Source of the DNA: Antedon mediterranea
Lineage: Eukaryota > Animalia > Echinodermata
Reading direction: 5' to 3'
DNA length: 64,000 nt
Assembly: GCF_964355755.1 (NCBI RefSeq)
Contig: NC_092670.1
Span: 1,478,201-1,542,200, forward strand
The position numbers were made by a program, and so were the translations under genes. Numbering within the stretch: position 1 is the stretch's first letter; each line of letters starts with the position of its first letter. The notes under the pieces were generated by a model. That model saw nothing but the letters and a program-made list of their open reading frames with translations. It did no database searches and had not been told where the DNA came from. This document shows positions 12,701 through 23,495 of the stretch, in pieces.

Positions 12701-15700
12701 GCGTAAGACTAAATTAATTTGGTAATAATTATATTTATTTACCATTACAATCTTTCTTTGTTCTTAATTTATTATCTTGTGATGATATATTTTAAAACTT
12801 ACAACTGTCGTCGTTTGGTCCTGGCCTGGTGGAGCGAATAAGGCGCTATGATGACCAGTTTGTGATTCCCACGATCCATGTAAATCATACGACATGATTC
12901 CTATCCAATCCAAGTGTCTAAATAATCAAAACATGACATTTTCATTAATAAAAGTAGACAATAAATCTCAGGACTGAATTATTATTGAATACTTTCTCCA
13001 AAACTTACTTTGCTATTTCTGCCATTTCATATCCATTTGTAGCAGTTTCTTGTCCAGCTGATACTGCTGCCGTAATAAGTAACTTTTCCCGACTTCCGTC
13101 ATATTCTTCATCAAACGCTTGTCGCAGTTCCTGTCATTTTATAAGAAATAAATGTTGTATTATTGTATTATATTATATATATATGTATCAAAGTTCAGTT
13201 GTTTTAGTTGTGTAGTGTTTATTGAGAAAGCCTATATTACCTGTACAAGTAAAGTGAATCGTTCTTTATCAATTGCTGGACTACCACGTGCTGCTGGATA
13301 TTCCCAGTCTAAATCAAGCCCGTCAAAATTCCTTTCTCTAAGATATGTTATAGATGTAGATATGAAATGCTGTCGATTGGCTGACGTAGAGACCATAGCC
13401 GAAAACGGTGCCACTCCAAAGTTCCATCCTCCAATCGCCAACAGAACTTTTAAATCTGTATTCTGATTCTTTAATTCGTTTACCTTTAAAAAGAAATAGT
13501 GGGCTAAGTTTTAAGTAAAATGTAAGTTTGATGGGACTAATACCAGAAAGTGAAAGGCATTAATATAAATTGGCTTCATGAGATTATTTAGGTATCACAC
13601 AATACATTTTGTTAGAAAGTTTTATGTCTATTCATTTTATGTTTGATTTTTTTCTTGTAGTTTACCTATTGATTTAAACATAATGTAATGATAATAGGTA
13701 CCTTGGAATACATTCCTTGAGACCAATCTGTGTCGTCATCATTCCATTCAAATGGTATCAACTCATGTTGAGCATTCATGTTAGCGAATGAGTAAACGAT
13801 ATGAGTACAAAGATACGGGTCAATGTTGTCAGGAGTGAATGTACCAGAGCCCGCTCGATACTGCGCCCAGTTAGTATAGTAACATATTCTTTTATATGAA
13901 GATCCTAGTAGATAAAAACGGTATTACATATATAAGTGAAGAAGTAATCTGTTATTCGCAGATTTTGATAAGTTATGCAAACCTGATTAAGTTATGTATT
14001 TATCTGTTTTTAAAGATATAGTTTTCTACCAATGATAACATTTTTGAACACTTTACTAACCCCAGTTGCCATCTGATTTGCTTGTGTGTCTGGCTGTTGT
14101 TTGCACGTTCTCTGTTGTTGGTTTTGCTGTCATCGTTTCTCCTACTTTGGTAGGGTCTACTGCTGTCGTTATTTCTTCTCCAATTGTTTCTGCTGAAGTT
14201 TGATCTATTAATGTAGTTGGTTCTGCTACAGTTGTTGGTTCACCTGAAGTTGTTTTTACTGTAGTTGTTTGCTCTGATATTGTAGTTGGATCTACTGATG
14301 TGGGTTCTGCTTCAGTTGTTTGTTCTGATGTTGTTAGTTCTGCTTCAGTTGGATTTACTGATGGGGGTTTTGATTCAGTTGTTTGTTCTAAAGTTGTTAG
14401 TGCTACTGTAGTTGGATCTTGTGATGTTGATAGTTGTTCTTCAATTGTTTGTTTTGATGTTGTTAGTGCTAATGTAGTTGGATCTTCTGATGTGGGTTCT
14501 GCTACAGTTGTTTGTTCTGATGTTGTTAGTGCTAATGTAGTTGGATCTTCTGATGTTGTTAGTTTTGCTACAGTTGTTTGTTCTGATGTTGTTTGTGCCA
14601 CTGTAGTTGGATCTTCTGATGTTGTTTGTGCCACTGTAGTTGGATTTTCTGATGTTGTTAGTTCTGCTTCAGTTGTTTTTTCTGATGTTATTAGTGCTAC
14701 TGTACTTGAATCTTCTGATGTTGTTAGTTCTGCTTCAGTTGTTTGTTCTGATGTTGTCAGTGCTACTGTAGTTGAATCTTCTGATGTTGTTAGTTCTGCT
14801 TCAGTTGTTTGTTTCGATGTTGTTAGTGCTACTGTAGTTAAATCTTCTGATGTTGTTAGTTCTGTTTCAGTTGTTTGTTCTGATGTTGTTAGTGCTACTG
14901 TACTTGGATCTTCTGATGTTGATAGTTGTGCTTCGGTTGTTTGTTCTGATGTTGTTAGTGCCACTGTAGTTAGATCTTTTGCTGTTGTGGGTTCTGATTC
15001 AGTTGTTTGTTCTGATGTTGTTAGTGCTACTGTAGTTGGATCTTCTGATGTTGATAGTTGTGCTTCGGTTGTTTGTTCTGATGTTGTTAGTGCCACTGTA
15101 GTAAGATCTTTTGCTGTTGTGGGTTCTGATTCAGTTGTTTGTTCTGATGTTGTTAGTGCTACTGTAGTTGGATCTTCTGATGTTGATAGTTGTGCTTCGG
15201 TTGTTTGTTCTGATGTTGGTAGTGCTACTGTAGTTGGATTTACTGATGTTGTTAGTTCTGCTTCAGTTGTTTGTTCTGAGGTTGTTAGTGCTACTGTAGT
15301 TGGATCTCCAGATGTTGTTAGTTCTGCTTCAGTTGTTTGTTCTGATGTTAGTGCTACTGTAGTTGGATTTACTGATGTCGTGGGTTCTGTTTCAGTTGTT
15401 TGTTCTGATGTTGTTAGTGCTACTGTAGTTGAATCTTCTGATGTTGTTAGTTCTGCTTCAGTTGTTTGTTCTGATGTTAGTGCTATTGTAGTTGGATTTA
15501 CTGATGTTGTGGGTTCTGCTTCAGTTGTTTGTTCTGATGTTGTTAGTACTACTGTAGTTGGATTTACTGATGTTGTGGGTTCTGATTCAGTTGTTTGTGG
15601 TAATGCTGTTAGTGCTACTGTAGTTGGATCTTTTGATGTTGATAGTTGTGCTTCAGTTGTTTGTTCTGATGTTGTTAGTGCTATTGTAGTTAGATCTTTT

Positions 15701-18700
15701 GATGTTGTGGGTTCTGCTTCAGTTGTTTGTTCTGATGTTGTTAGTGCTACTGTAGTTGAATCCTCTGATGTTTTGGATTCTGCTTCAGTTGTTTGTTCTG
15801 ATGTTGTTAGTACTACTGTAGTTGGATTTACTGATGTCGTGGGTTCTGTTTCAGTTGTTTGTTCTGATGTTGTTAGTGCCACTGTAGTTAGATCTTTTGA
15901 TGTTGATAGTTCTGTTTCAGTTGTTTGTTCCGATGTTGTTAGTGCCACTGTAGTTAGATCTTTTGATGTTGTGGGTTCTGCTTCAGTTGTTTGTTCTGAT
16001 GTTGTTAGTGCTACTGTAGTTGAATCCTCTGATGTTTTGGATTCTGCTTCAGTTGTTTGTTCTGATGTTGTTAGTACTACTGTAGTTGGATTTACTGATG
16101 TTGTGGGTTCTGATTCAGTTGTTTGTGGTAATGCTGTTAGTGCTACTGTAGTTGGATCTTCTGATGTTGATAGTTGTGCTTCAGTTGTTTGTACTGTAGT
16201 TAGATCTTTTGATGTTGTGGGTTCTGCTTCAGTTGTTTGTTTTGATGTTGTTAGTGCTACTGTAGTTGAATCCTCTGATGTTGTGGGTTCTGCTTCAGTT
16301 GTTTGGTCTGATGTTGTTAGTTCTGCTTCAGTTGTTTGTTCTGATGTTGTTGGTGCTACTGTAGTTGGATTTACTGATGTTGATAGTTGTGCTTCGGTTG
16401 TTTGTTCTGATGTTGTTGGTGCTACTGTAGTTGGATTTACTGATGTTGTTAGTTCTGCTTCAGTTGTTTGTTCTGATGTTGTTAATGCTACTGTAGTTGG
16501 ATTTACTGATGTTGTTAGTTCTGCTTCAGTTGTTTGTTCTGATGTTGTTAGTGTCACTGTAGTTAGATCTTTTGCTGTTGTGGGTTCTTCTTCAGTTGTT
16601 TGTTCTGATGTTGTTAGTGGTACTGTAGTTGGATCTTCTGATGTTGATAGTTGTGCTTCAGTTGTTTGTTCTGATGTTGTTAGTGCCACTGTAGTTAGAT
16701 CTTTTGCTGTTGTGGGTTCTGCTTCAGTTGTTTGTTCAGATGTTGTTAGTGCTACTGTAGTTGAATCTTCTGATGTTGTGGGTTCTGATTCAGTTGTTTG
16801 TTCTGATGTTGTTAGTGGTACTGTAGTTGGATCTTCTGATGTTGATAGTTGTGCTTCAGTTGTTTGTTCTGATGTTGTTAGTGCCACTGTAGTTGGATCT
16901 TCTGATGTTGTGGGTTCTGCTTCAGTTGTTTGTTCTGATGTTGTTAGGGCTACTGTAGTTGGATCTTCTGATGTCGATAGTGCTACTGTAGTTGGATTTA
17001 CTGATGTTGATAGTTGTGCTTCAGTTGTTTGTTCTGAGGTTGTTAGTACTACTGTAGTTGGATTTACTGATGTTGTGGGTTCTGATTCAGTGGTTTGTTC
17101 TGATGTTGTTAGGTCTGCTTCAGTTGTTTGTTCTGATGTTGTTTGTTCTGCTTCAGTTGTTTGTTCTGATGTTGTTAGATCTTTTGCTGTTGTGGGTTCT
17201 GCTTCAGTTGTTTGTTCTGATGTTGTTAATGCTACTGTAGTTGAATCTTCTGATGTTGTTAGTTCTGCTTCAGTTGTTTGTTCTGATGTTAGTGCTATTG
17301 TAGTTGGATTTACTAATGTTGTTAGTTCTGCTTCAGTTGTTTGTTCTGAGGTTGTTAGTGCTTCAGTTGTTTTTTCTGATGTTAGTGCTATTGTAGTTGG
17401 ATTTACTGATGTTGTGGGTTCTGATTCAGTTGTTTGTTCTGATGTTGTTAGTGGTACTGTAGTTGGATCTTCTGATGTTGATAGTTGTGCTTCAGTTGTT
17501 TGTTCTGATGTTGTTAGTGCCACTGTAGTTAGATCTTTTGCTGTTGTGGGTTCTGCTTCAGTTGTTTGTTCTGATGTTGTTAGTGCTACTGTAGTTGGAT
17601 TTACTGATGTTGTGGGTTCTGATTCAGTTGTTTGTGGTAATGCTGTTAGTGCTACTGTAGTTGGATCTTCTGATGTTGATAGTTGTGCTTCAGTTGTTTG
17701 TACTGTAGTTAGATCTTTTGATGTTGTGGGTTCTGCTTCAGTTGTTTGTTGTGATGTTGTTAATGCTACTGTAGTTGGATTTACTGATGTTGTTAGTTCT
17801 GCTTCAGTTGTTTGTTTTGATGTTGTTAGTGCTACTGTAGTTGAATCATCTGATGTTGTGGGTTCTGCTTCAGTTGTTTGGTCTGATGTTGTTGGTTCTG
17901 TTTCAGTTGTTTGTTCTGATGTTGTTAGGGCTACTGTAGTTGGATCTTCTGATGTCGATAGTGCTACTGTAGTTGGATTTACTGATGTTGATAGTTGTGC
18001 TTCAGTTGTTTGTTCTGATGTTGTTAGTGCTACTGTAGTTGGATCTTCTGATGTTGTTGGTTCTGTTTCAGTTGTTTGTTCTGATGTTGTTAGGGCTACT
18101 GTAGTTGGATCTTCTGATGTCGATAGTGCTACTGTAGTTGGATTTACTGATGTTGATAGTTGTGCTTCAGTTGTTTGTTCTGATGTTGTTAGGGCTACTG
18201 TAGTTGGATCTTCTGATGTCGATAGTGCTACTGTAGTTGGATTTACTGATGTTGATAGTTGTGCTTCAGTTGTTTGTTCTGAGGTTGTTAGTACTACTGT
18301 AGTTGGATTTACTGATGTTGTGGGTTCTGATTCAGTTGTTTGTTCTGATGTTGTTAGGTCTGCTTCAGTTGTTTGTTCTGATGTTGTTTGTTCTGCTTCA
18401 GTTGTTTGTTCTGATGTTGTTAGGGCTACTGTAGTTGGATCTTCTGATGTTGATGGTGCTACTGTAGTTGGATCTCCTGATGATGTAGATTCTGCTACAG
18501 TTGTTGGATCCACTGATGCTGTTAGTGTTACCGTAGTTGAATCTATAGATGTAGTTGGTTTTGCTGCTGTAGTTGTTTTTTCTGTCGTTGATTGCATTTC
18601 GACAGCAGTAGTAGTAGTAGTACACGCTGGCACGTTGTCAATCCAATCACAGGTTCCTAGTACTTCATTAAATCCTAAACCAGCAGCACACGGATGATGA

Positions 18701-19973
18701 ATTTCAACGAGATAACAAGAGTAATACTTGGTGCAATCAGTCGGATCGACGTGGTATGTTAAACCAGTTGGTTTTCCATTACAAGTGAATGTTGTGTCAG
18801 AATCAGGAGTACAGTCCACATTAAAAGAATGATCACAGTTGTTGATTTCTTCATTAAAGTATGACGTTCCACAGGATAAATGTGATGTTTCTGCTTGACA
18901 TTGATAGTAATGCGTGCAGTCGTCAGGGTCTGTGTAATAACCAGTTTGGTGATCCCAACATGAAAATATCTCAATACTATCTATCGTAGTTGGTTGGAGG
19001 GTAGGTTGTTGTTCTAATGTAGTCGGATCTAACGTAGTTTGCTCCGATATTGTTTGATCTAATGCTGTAGTTTGAGCGGGTGTAGTTTGTTCAGCCGTAG
19101 TGTGTACTTGTGTGGTAGTCTGTGCTGCAGCTTCTGTAGGCTCTGGGCATCCATCTACATTATAAATCCAATCACAATAGCCGTAAGTTTCACTGAAAGC
19201 TAGACCAGCACCACATGTTAACTGATTCTGTACTAAATTACATGTATAGTACTGCGTACAGTCTGCAGGATCAACGTAATAATTATAGCCTGCTGGTTTG
19301 TCTCTACACGTGAATGTTGCCCCGGAAGTTGACGTGCAAGATACACTTGAAGCCCAGTTGCAAGTACTGATTGCTTCATCGAAGTAAAATTGTGATGATC
19401 CACATGAAAGGTGTTGCATATCCGTTTGGCATTGATAATAGCTCGTACAGTCGTCTGGATCTTTGTAGTTCCCGGTTCCATAATCCCAGCAGGAGAATTC
19501 ATTTGCTCCTATGGGAATATTATCAACGCTCATTGGTTAAAAAACAGCAATTTTATTATTAATTTGATTATGTAAATAATACATTTGTGTTTGTTCCTTT
19601 CATTATTATACAACATAAAGTAACCAAAAAAAAGCCCAAAATTTGCAATATTGAACTTGTGGGAAAATCAAACCAAAATTCCAATTAAAAAAAATGGATT
19701 TGGTAGGAGGAGATGTAGATGAAAAAAATAATCAGCATGGATCTTACAATAGAAAAATACATTTTCTGTGGTTGTAAGTCCTATTAAAAAATAACAAAAA
19801 CGTACTTCTACATTAATACTACTGTATTGTACTATAATATACATTTGGATTTGGTTAACGAAGCTTATAGGAAGACAGTTTATATGACATGAATTTGTAA
19901 ATAATTACTTACGAGCATAGTTCAGGAAGCATGTAGGGATCAATGATATACTGATGATAAATGTCACTATAAT
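303..19973 (-). CDS. Giant multi-exon secreted chitinase: signal peptide, 4x CBM14, Thr-rich mucin stalk, 6x GH18 catalytic domain, 2x CBM14 (~4,400 aa)
   Basis: GT-AG exons with matching phases: 19973-19913 ([20 protein letters not shown], hydrophobic), 19508-14061 (CBM14s + mucin), six 7-exon GH18 units (13904-973) and last exon 757-303 (two 6-Cys domains, stop TAG). GH18 motifs [54 protein letters not shown] and WAIDLDDF are all present. The start ATG may lie in a micro-exon at ~21241 (ATG|gtaagt); this is uncertain. Confidence 0.9.
973..13904 (-). repeat. Six tandem ~2.2-kb exon+intron units, each encoding one ~410-aa GH18 domain plus linker (13904-11871, 11682-9692, 9503-7513, 7324-5346, 5157-3131, 2942-973)
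   Basis: The same ORF fragments recur six times in the ORF track. Periods are 2222, 2179, 2179, 2167 and 2215 bp. Introns are almost identical, and units are joined by phase-1 introns. Confidence 0.95.
14061..19508 (-). CDS. Chitinase 5.4-kb exon: two pairs of CBM14 followed by Thr/Ser/Glu-rich mucin-like repeats (TTSEQTTEA / EDPTTVAL)
   Basis: 1825-aa ORF with acceptor cccatag|GA and donor TGG G|gttagt. It has four 6-Cys domains at ~19500-18620, then ~1,500 aa of low-complexity repeats. Confidence 0.9.
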
Positions 19974-20494
19974 CTATGAGGATATATAAATAAATAAGTA
20001 TAAATAAATAAATATAAGTAAACTAATTACTACCGTACCCATCCTACAATCCCGCAAGGACGTATATCCTATCGCGTGTGATTGGTCAAAGCGTTGTGCT
20101 TACGTCATTCCTAGTGGGAATCAAGCTTTACAAGTGTGATAACAAATATTCTACTGTACCTTGCTATTATTTTGTAGTTTTTAACTCATAATCATTTGTT
20201 GAACCATGTTCAAATGAAAAAATTTATCCACGATTGTAAATAGAGTTTTCTACTTTATTTCCATAGCTTTTGAAATATGATCTTCTCTTAAAAGTCATTG
20301 GATGTTTTTTTTTTAAATTTAACAGATATCAGTTTCTGTCCAAACGCGAAGAAAAATAAGTATTTTTAGCCAAGATCAACAGTCAGATACACAATTCTAA
20401 AACCATCAAAGTTCCTTTATTTATTTATTTTTATTTCACATTGAATTGTGATATGAACTGTGACATGTCATAGTTAATCCTATTCGAGATTGTT

Positions 20495-20700
20495 ATTGAA
20501 CAGGTAAGTAAGTAAGTAAGTAATATTTATTGCTTTCCAAATACAGTACAAATAAATAAAACAGTATAATGTAAATGAAATAAAAAGAGAAACAATTAAA
20601 TATAAAAATACAAGACTAGACAAGAAAATAAGCATGGAAAGCAGGGGATGGCCCTTTAAGCCCAGAGGCTTGTTTCCAAAGGGGTCCCTTTCATTGGGCG
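20495..20700 (-). mobile_element. Probable 3' tail of a non-LTR retrotransposon or SINE
   Basis: (GTAA)n microsatellite tail at 20503-20523 next to a GC-rich hairpin-like segment (ggccctttaagcccagaggctt..aaggggtccc). No ORF support. Confidence 0.3.
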
Positions 20701-21371
20701 GAAGAATATCAAAGAACTGGTCACGTTTTGTGAACTTCCGCTCAACATATTTAAACATATCATTTGTCTATCTTTCAAGCTTATGATGAAAAATATTTCT
20801 TAATATGTTTGTGTTCGTAAACCTTCTCTTTCTAATGTGGACACACGCTTGCAAAGAAAAAGCGAAATATCCTGGCGCTCGCGGATTGAAAGGATGATAA
20901 CGTCTTACGTATTGCGCCTTATTGTTGTGTTCCCTCAATACGATATGATACACAACAAACACTCAGAATATGTATACGCTTGTAAAGAAGTCGTTAATCA
21001 TCGCGCGCGCCCTGAAAGTATTTATGACACTCATTTTTAAATAGTATGAAAGCACGACCTCAGGTTTATAAACACATGCCATGACAGCCCAATTTGGAAG
21101 TCGGTATTAATCCACGCTATAAATAAAGTTTCTATGGTTGCAATAATACGTCATATAACTAATACAAAAACAAGTTTGGACTTATGGGAAAATATACCAT
21201 CATGGCCACGACTGTTTGCGACCTTCTTTTTGACTTACCATACATTGTTTATGATTACACAAATAAGGCTATAGGCTATATGAAACAATGATAAACTAAC
21301 AATACGTTTTATTATTATTATTATTATCAATCGTGACGTCCAAGAGTTATCTAATGGTTCGACACAATTAT

Positions 21372-21575
21372 TATGCATTGTATAATACTGTATTACAATT
21401 CTTCATTGTGTCATAGGATAAGCAATGCTTATGTAGGACACAAGGATAAATATGCATTTGTATTATACTGTATTACAATTCTTCATTGTGTCATAGGATA
21501 AGCAATGCTTATGTAGGACCATAGAGATATTATATCTCTATGGTAGGACACAAGGATAAATATGCATTTGTATTA
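21372..21575. repeat. ~80-bp tandem duplication (about 2.5 copies); one copy carries a 23-bp palindromic insert
   Basis: ataagcaatgcttatgtaggac occurs at 21418 and 21498. The insert at 21520-21542 is flanked by duplicated gtaggac. Confidence 0.8.
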
Positions 21576-22500
21576 TTCTTCAACTTGTCCCAAGATTACC
21601 AAAATAATGATAAAACTAAAACTCAAGAAACAAATCCATTGCTAAAGTTGTCGAAATAATTTAAGGGCTCATCGGGTGTGAGATTTAGTTATATATTTCA
21701 TATTAGTTTAGTTTATCGTCAACTTGGTCAGTGTCACGTCTATTAGCACCCTGGCAATATGTCGCGAAATCCAAAATATAAATACATTTTAATTAAATTT
21801 AAATATCTTACCTCCATGACAAATGGTAAAAGAACAGCAAACAGAAAAACAAAACTCCTTCCTTTCCAAATTGAATGATAATCTGAAACTTTCACCGATT
21901 TGATTCTGGTAATCACTGGAGCAAATATATTGACATTTATAGGCCAAGCTTTGTTATTCTTAGTACGCTCTTTTACCTTTGTCACACTGGGTGAAATTTA
22001 ACAATTAAATTTGTGTAACTAATCGCTAAGACACGTGTATAACAACACAGAAAAGAAAGACACTATAAAGCCTGTCAAATGTCGAGTTACTTTTGTTTAC
22101 GGTGTACCGGTTTAATAAGTATAGAACAACAAAACATGATATTTATAATCATCCGCTCTTAAATATTTCCATATGCGGAGAGGTGACTCAAAAATAAATA
22201 ATCCATATATAAAACAGAGACGCAATTTTGTTAAATAAAAATGACCAGGTGTTGTTTTCAGACAGTTTTCCAAAATTTGCTAGTGTACCAGTTGACTACA
22301 TTCGGCTCGAACTGGTAGAGAACAGGTTATCAGAACTATCTAGTCAACTAAAAATACAAAATAAAATAACAGAGCAAACTTAAAGTTTGGAAAAAAACTG
22401 GTAAAGTTTGCTAGATCACAAGGTTGTCTTCTTAAACTCTGAGTTTGCTCAAGTTAAAGATTCCCATGTATTAAGGGGACACTTTTGGGACTTAACAAAT

Positions 22501-22830
22501 TGTGCCCTTAATATGGGTGTGCCCTTAATATGGGTGTGCCCTTAATATGGGTGTGCCCTTAATATGGGTGTGCCCTTAATATGGGTGTGCCCTTAATATG
22601 GGTGTGCCCTTAATATGGGTGTGCCCTTAATATGGGTGTCCCCTTAATATGGGTGTGCCCTTAATAAGGGCACACCCTTAATATGGGTGTGCCCTTAATA
22701 TGGGTGTGCCCTTAATATGGGTGTGCCCTTAATATGGGTGTGCCCTTAATATGGGTGTCCCCTTAATATGGGTGTCCCCTTAATATGGGTGTCCCCTTAA
22801 TATGGGTGTGCCCTTAATATGGGTGTCCCC
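22501..22830. repeat. 17-bp minisatellite (tgtgcccttaatatggg) x ~19
   Basis: Directly visible array. It is flanked by ggggacact motifs, suggesting expansion inside a small repeat element. Confidence 0.95.
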
Positions 22831-23495
22831 TTTTCAGGGGACACTACAATTTACAAAAATAAACAACGAAATTGTCGACGCTTTATAATAATTCGCGATA
22901 AACACAAAGCAAATATACCAAAATGAACACTAATTGATCTGGATTCAAGTCAACGTTTATGTAAGTATCACAATTTTGATGATATCCATTTTTGTGTTAA
23001 TAACGATATAAATTAATATAATCTGATATTTGTTGTTTTTGTGATGGATAAAAAAATTGTAGGCCTACCAATCGAACACCACAGGTCAGGTACAAATTAT
23101 TTCAGGTGGCTTTTGCGGTGGTACATGACATCATCATAGTAGGCAATGTAGGCATACAGTACATGTTTTACAGGTTGTTGTTGCGTGCTGCATGCTATGC
23201 ACGGTACATTTGCTCGGCTAAATTGTTTTGTAGAAATCGATTGTGGTAAGAAAAAATTAAAAAGATTAAGATCTTAATTAAGGAAAGTCATTATGTGGGT
23301 AGCAAGATGGAAAATCATAGCAATAGAATGTTTTGACTGGTTTATAATATGTATATCTAAGCATCCATTATCTATAAAGCTAGATATTATAACCACCACA
23401 TGACACGTGTGTTTCCAACGGATTGCCACTGTGTGTGCTGGTGGTGTTGACTGGTGGGCTGGGATAAAAAGACAGGCCTGACTTTGCACACATAC

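Noticed and set aside
1315-13466. Recurring 64-104 aa plus-strand ORFs
   Set aside because: They are antisense to GH18 exons and recur only because the unit is repeated.
973-13904. Six separate tandem chitinase genes
   Set aside because: The units lack their own start, signal peptide and stop, and are linked by ~190-bp phase-1 introns, so they read as one gene.
14300-18697. 1465-aa Val/Ser-rich ORF on the plus strand
   Set aside because: It is the antisense shadow of the mucin exon. The repetitive Thr/Ser/Glu codons lack reverse-strand stops, and it has no domain or splice support.
20040-21160. Possible Crypton-like non-autonomous element in the chitinase 5' region
   Set aside because: There are suggestive motifs only (tgattggtc, tacgtcat); I could not define boundaries, TIRs or a TSD.
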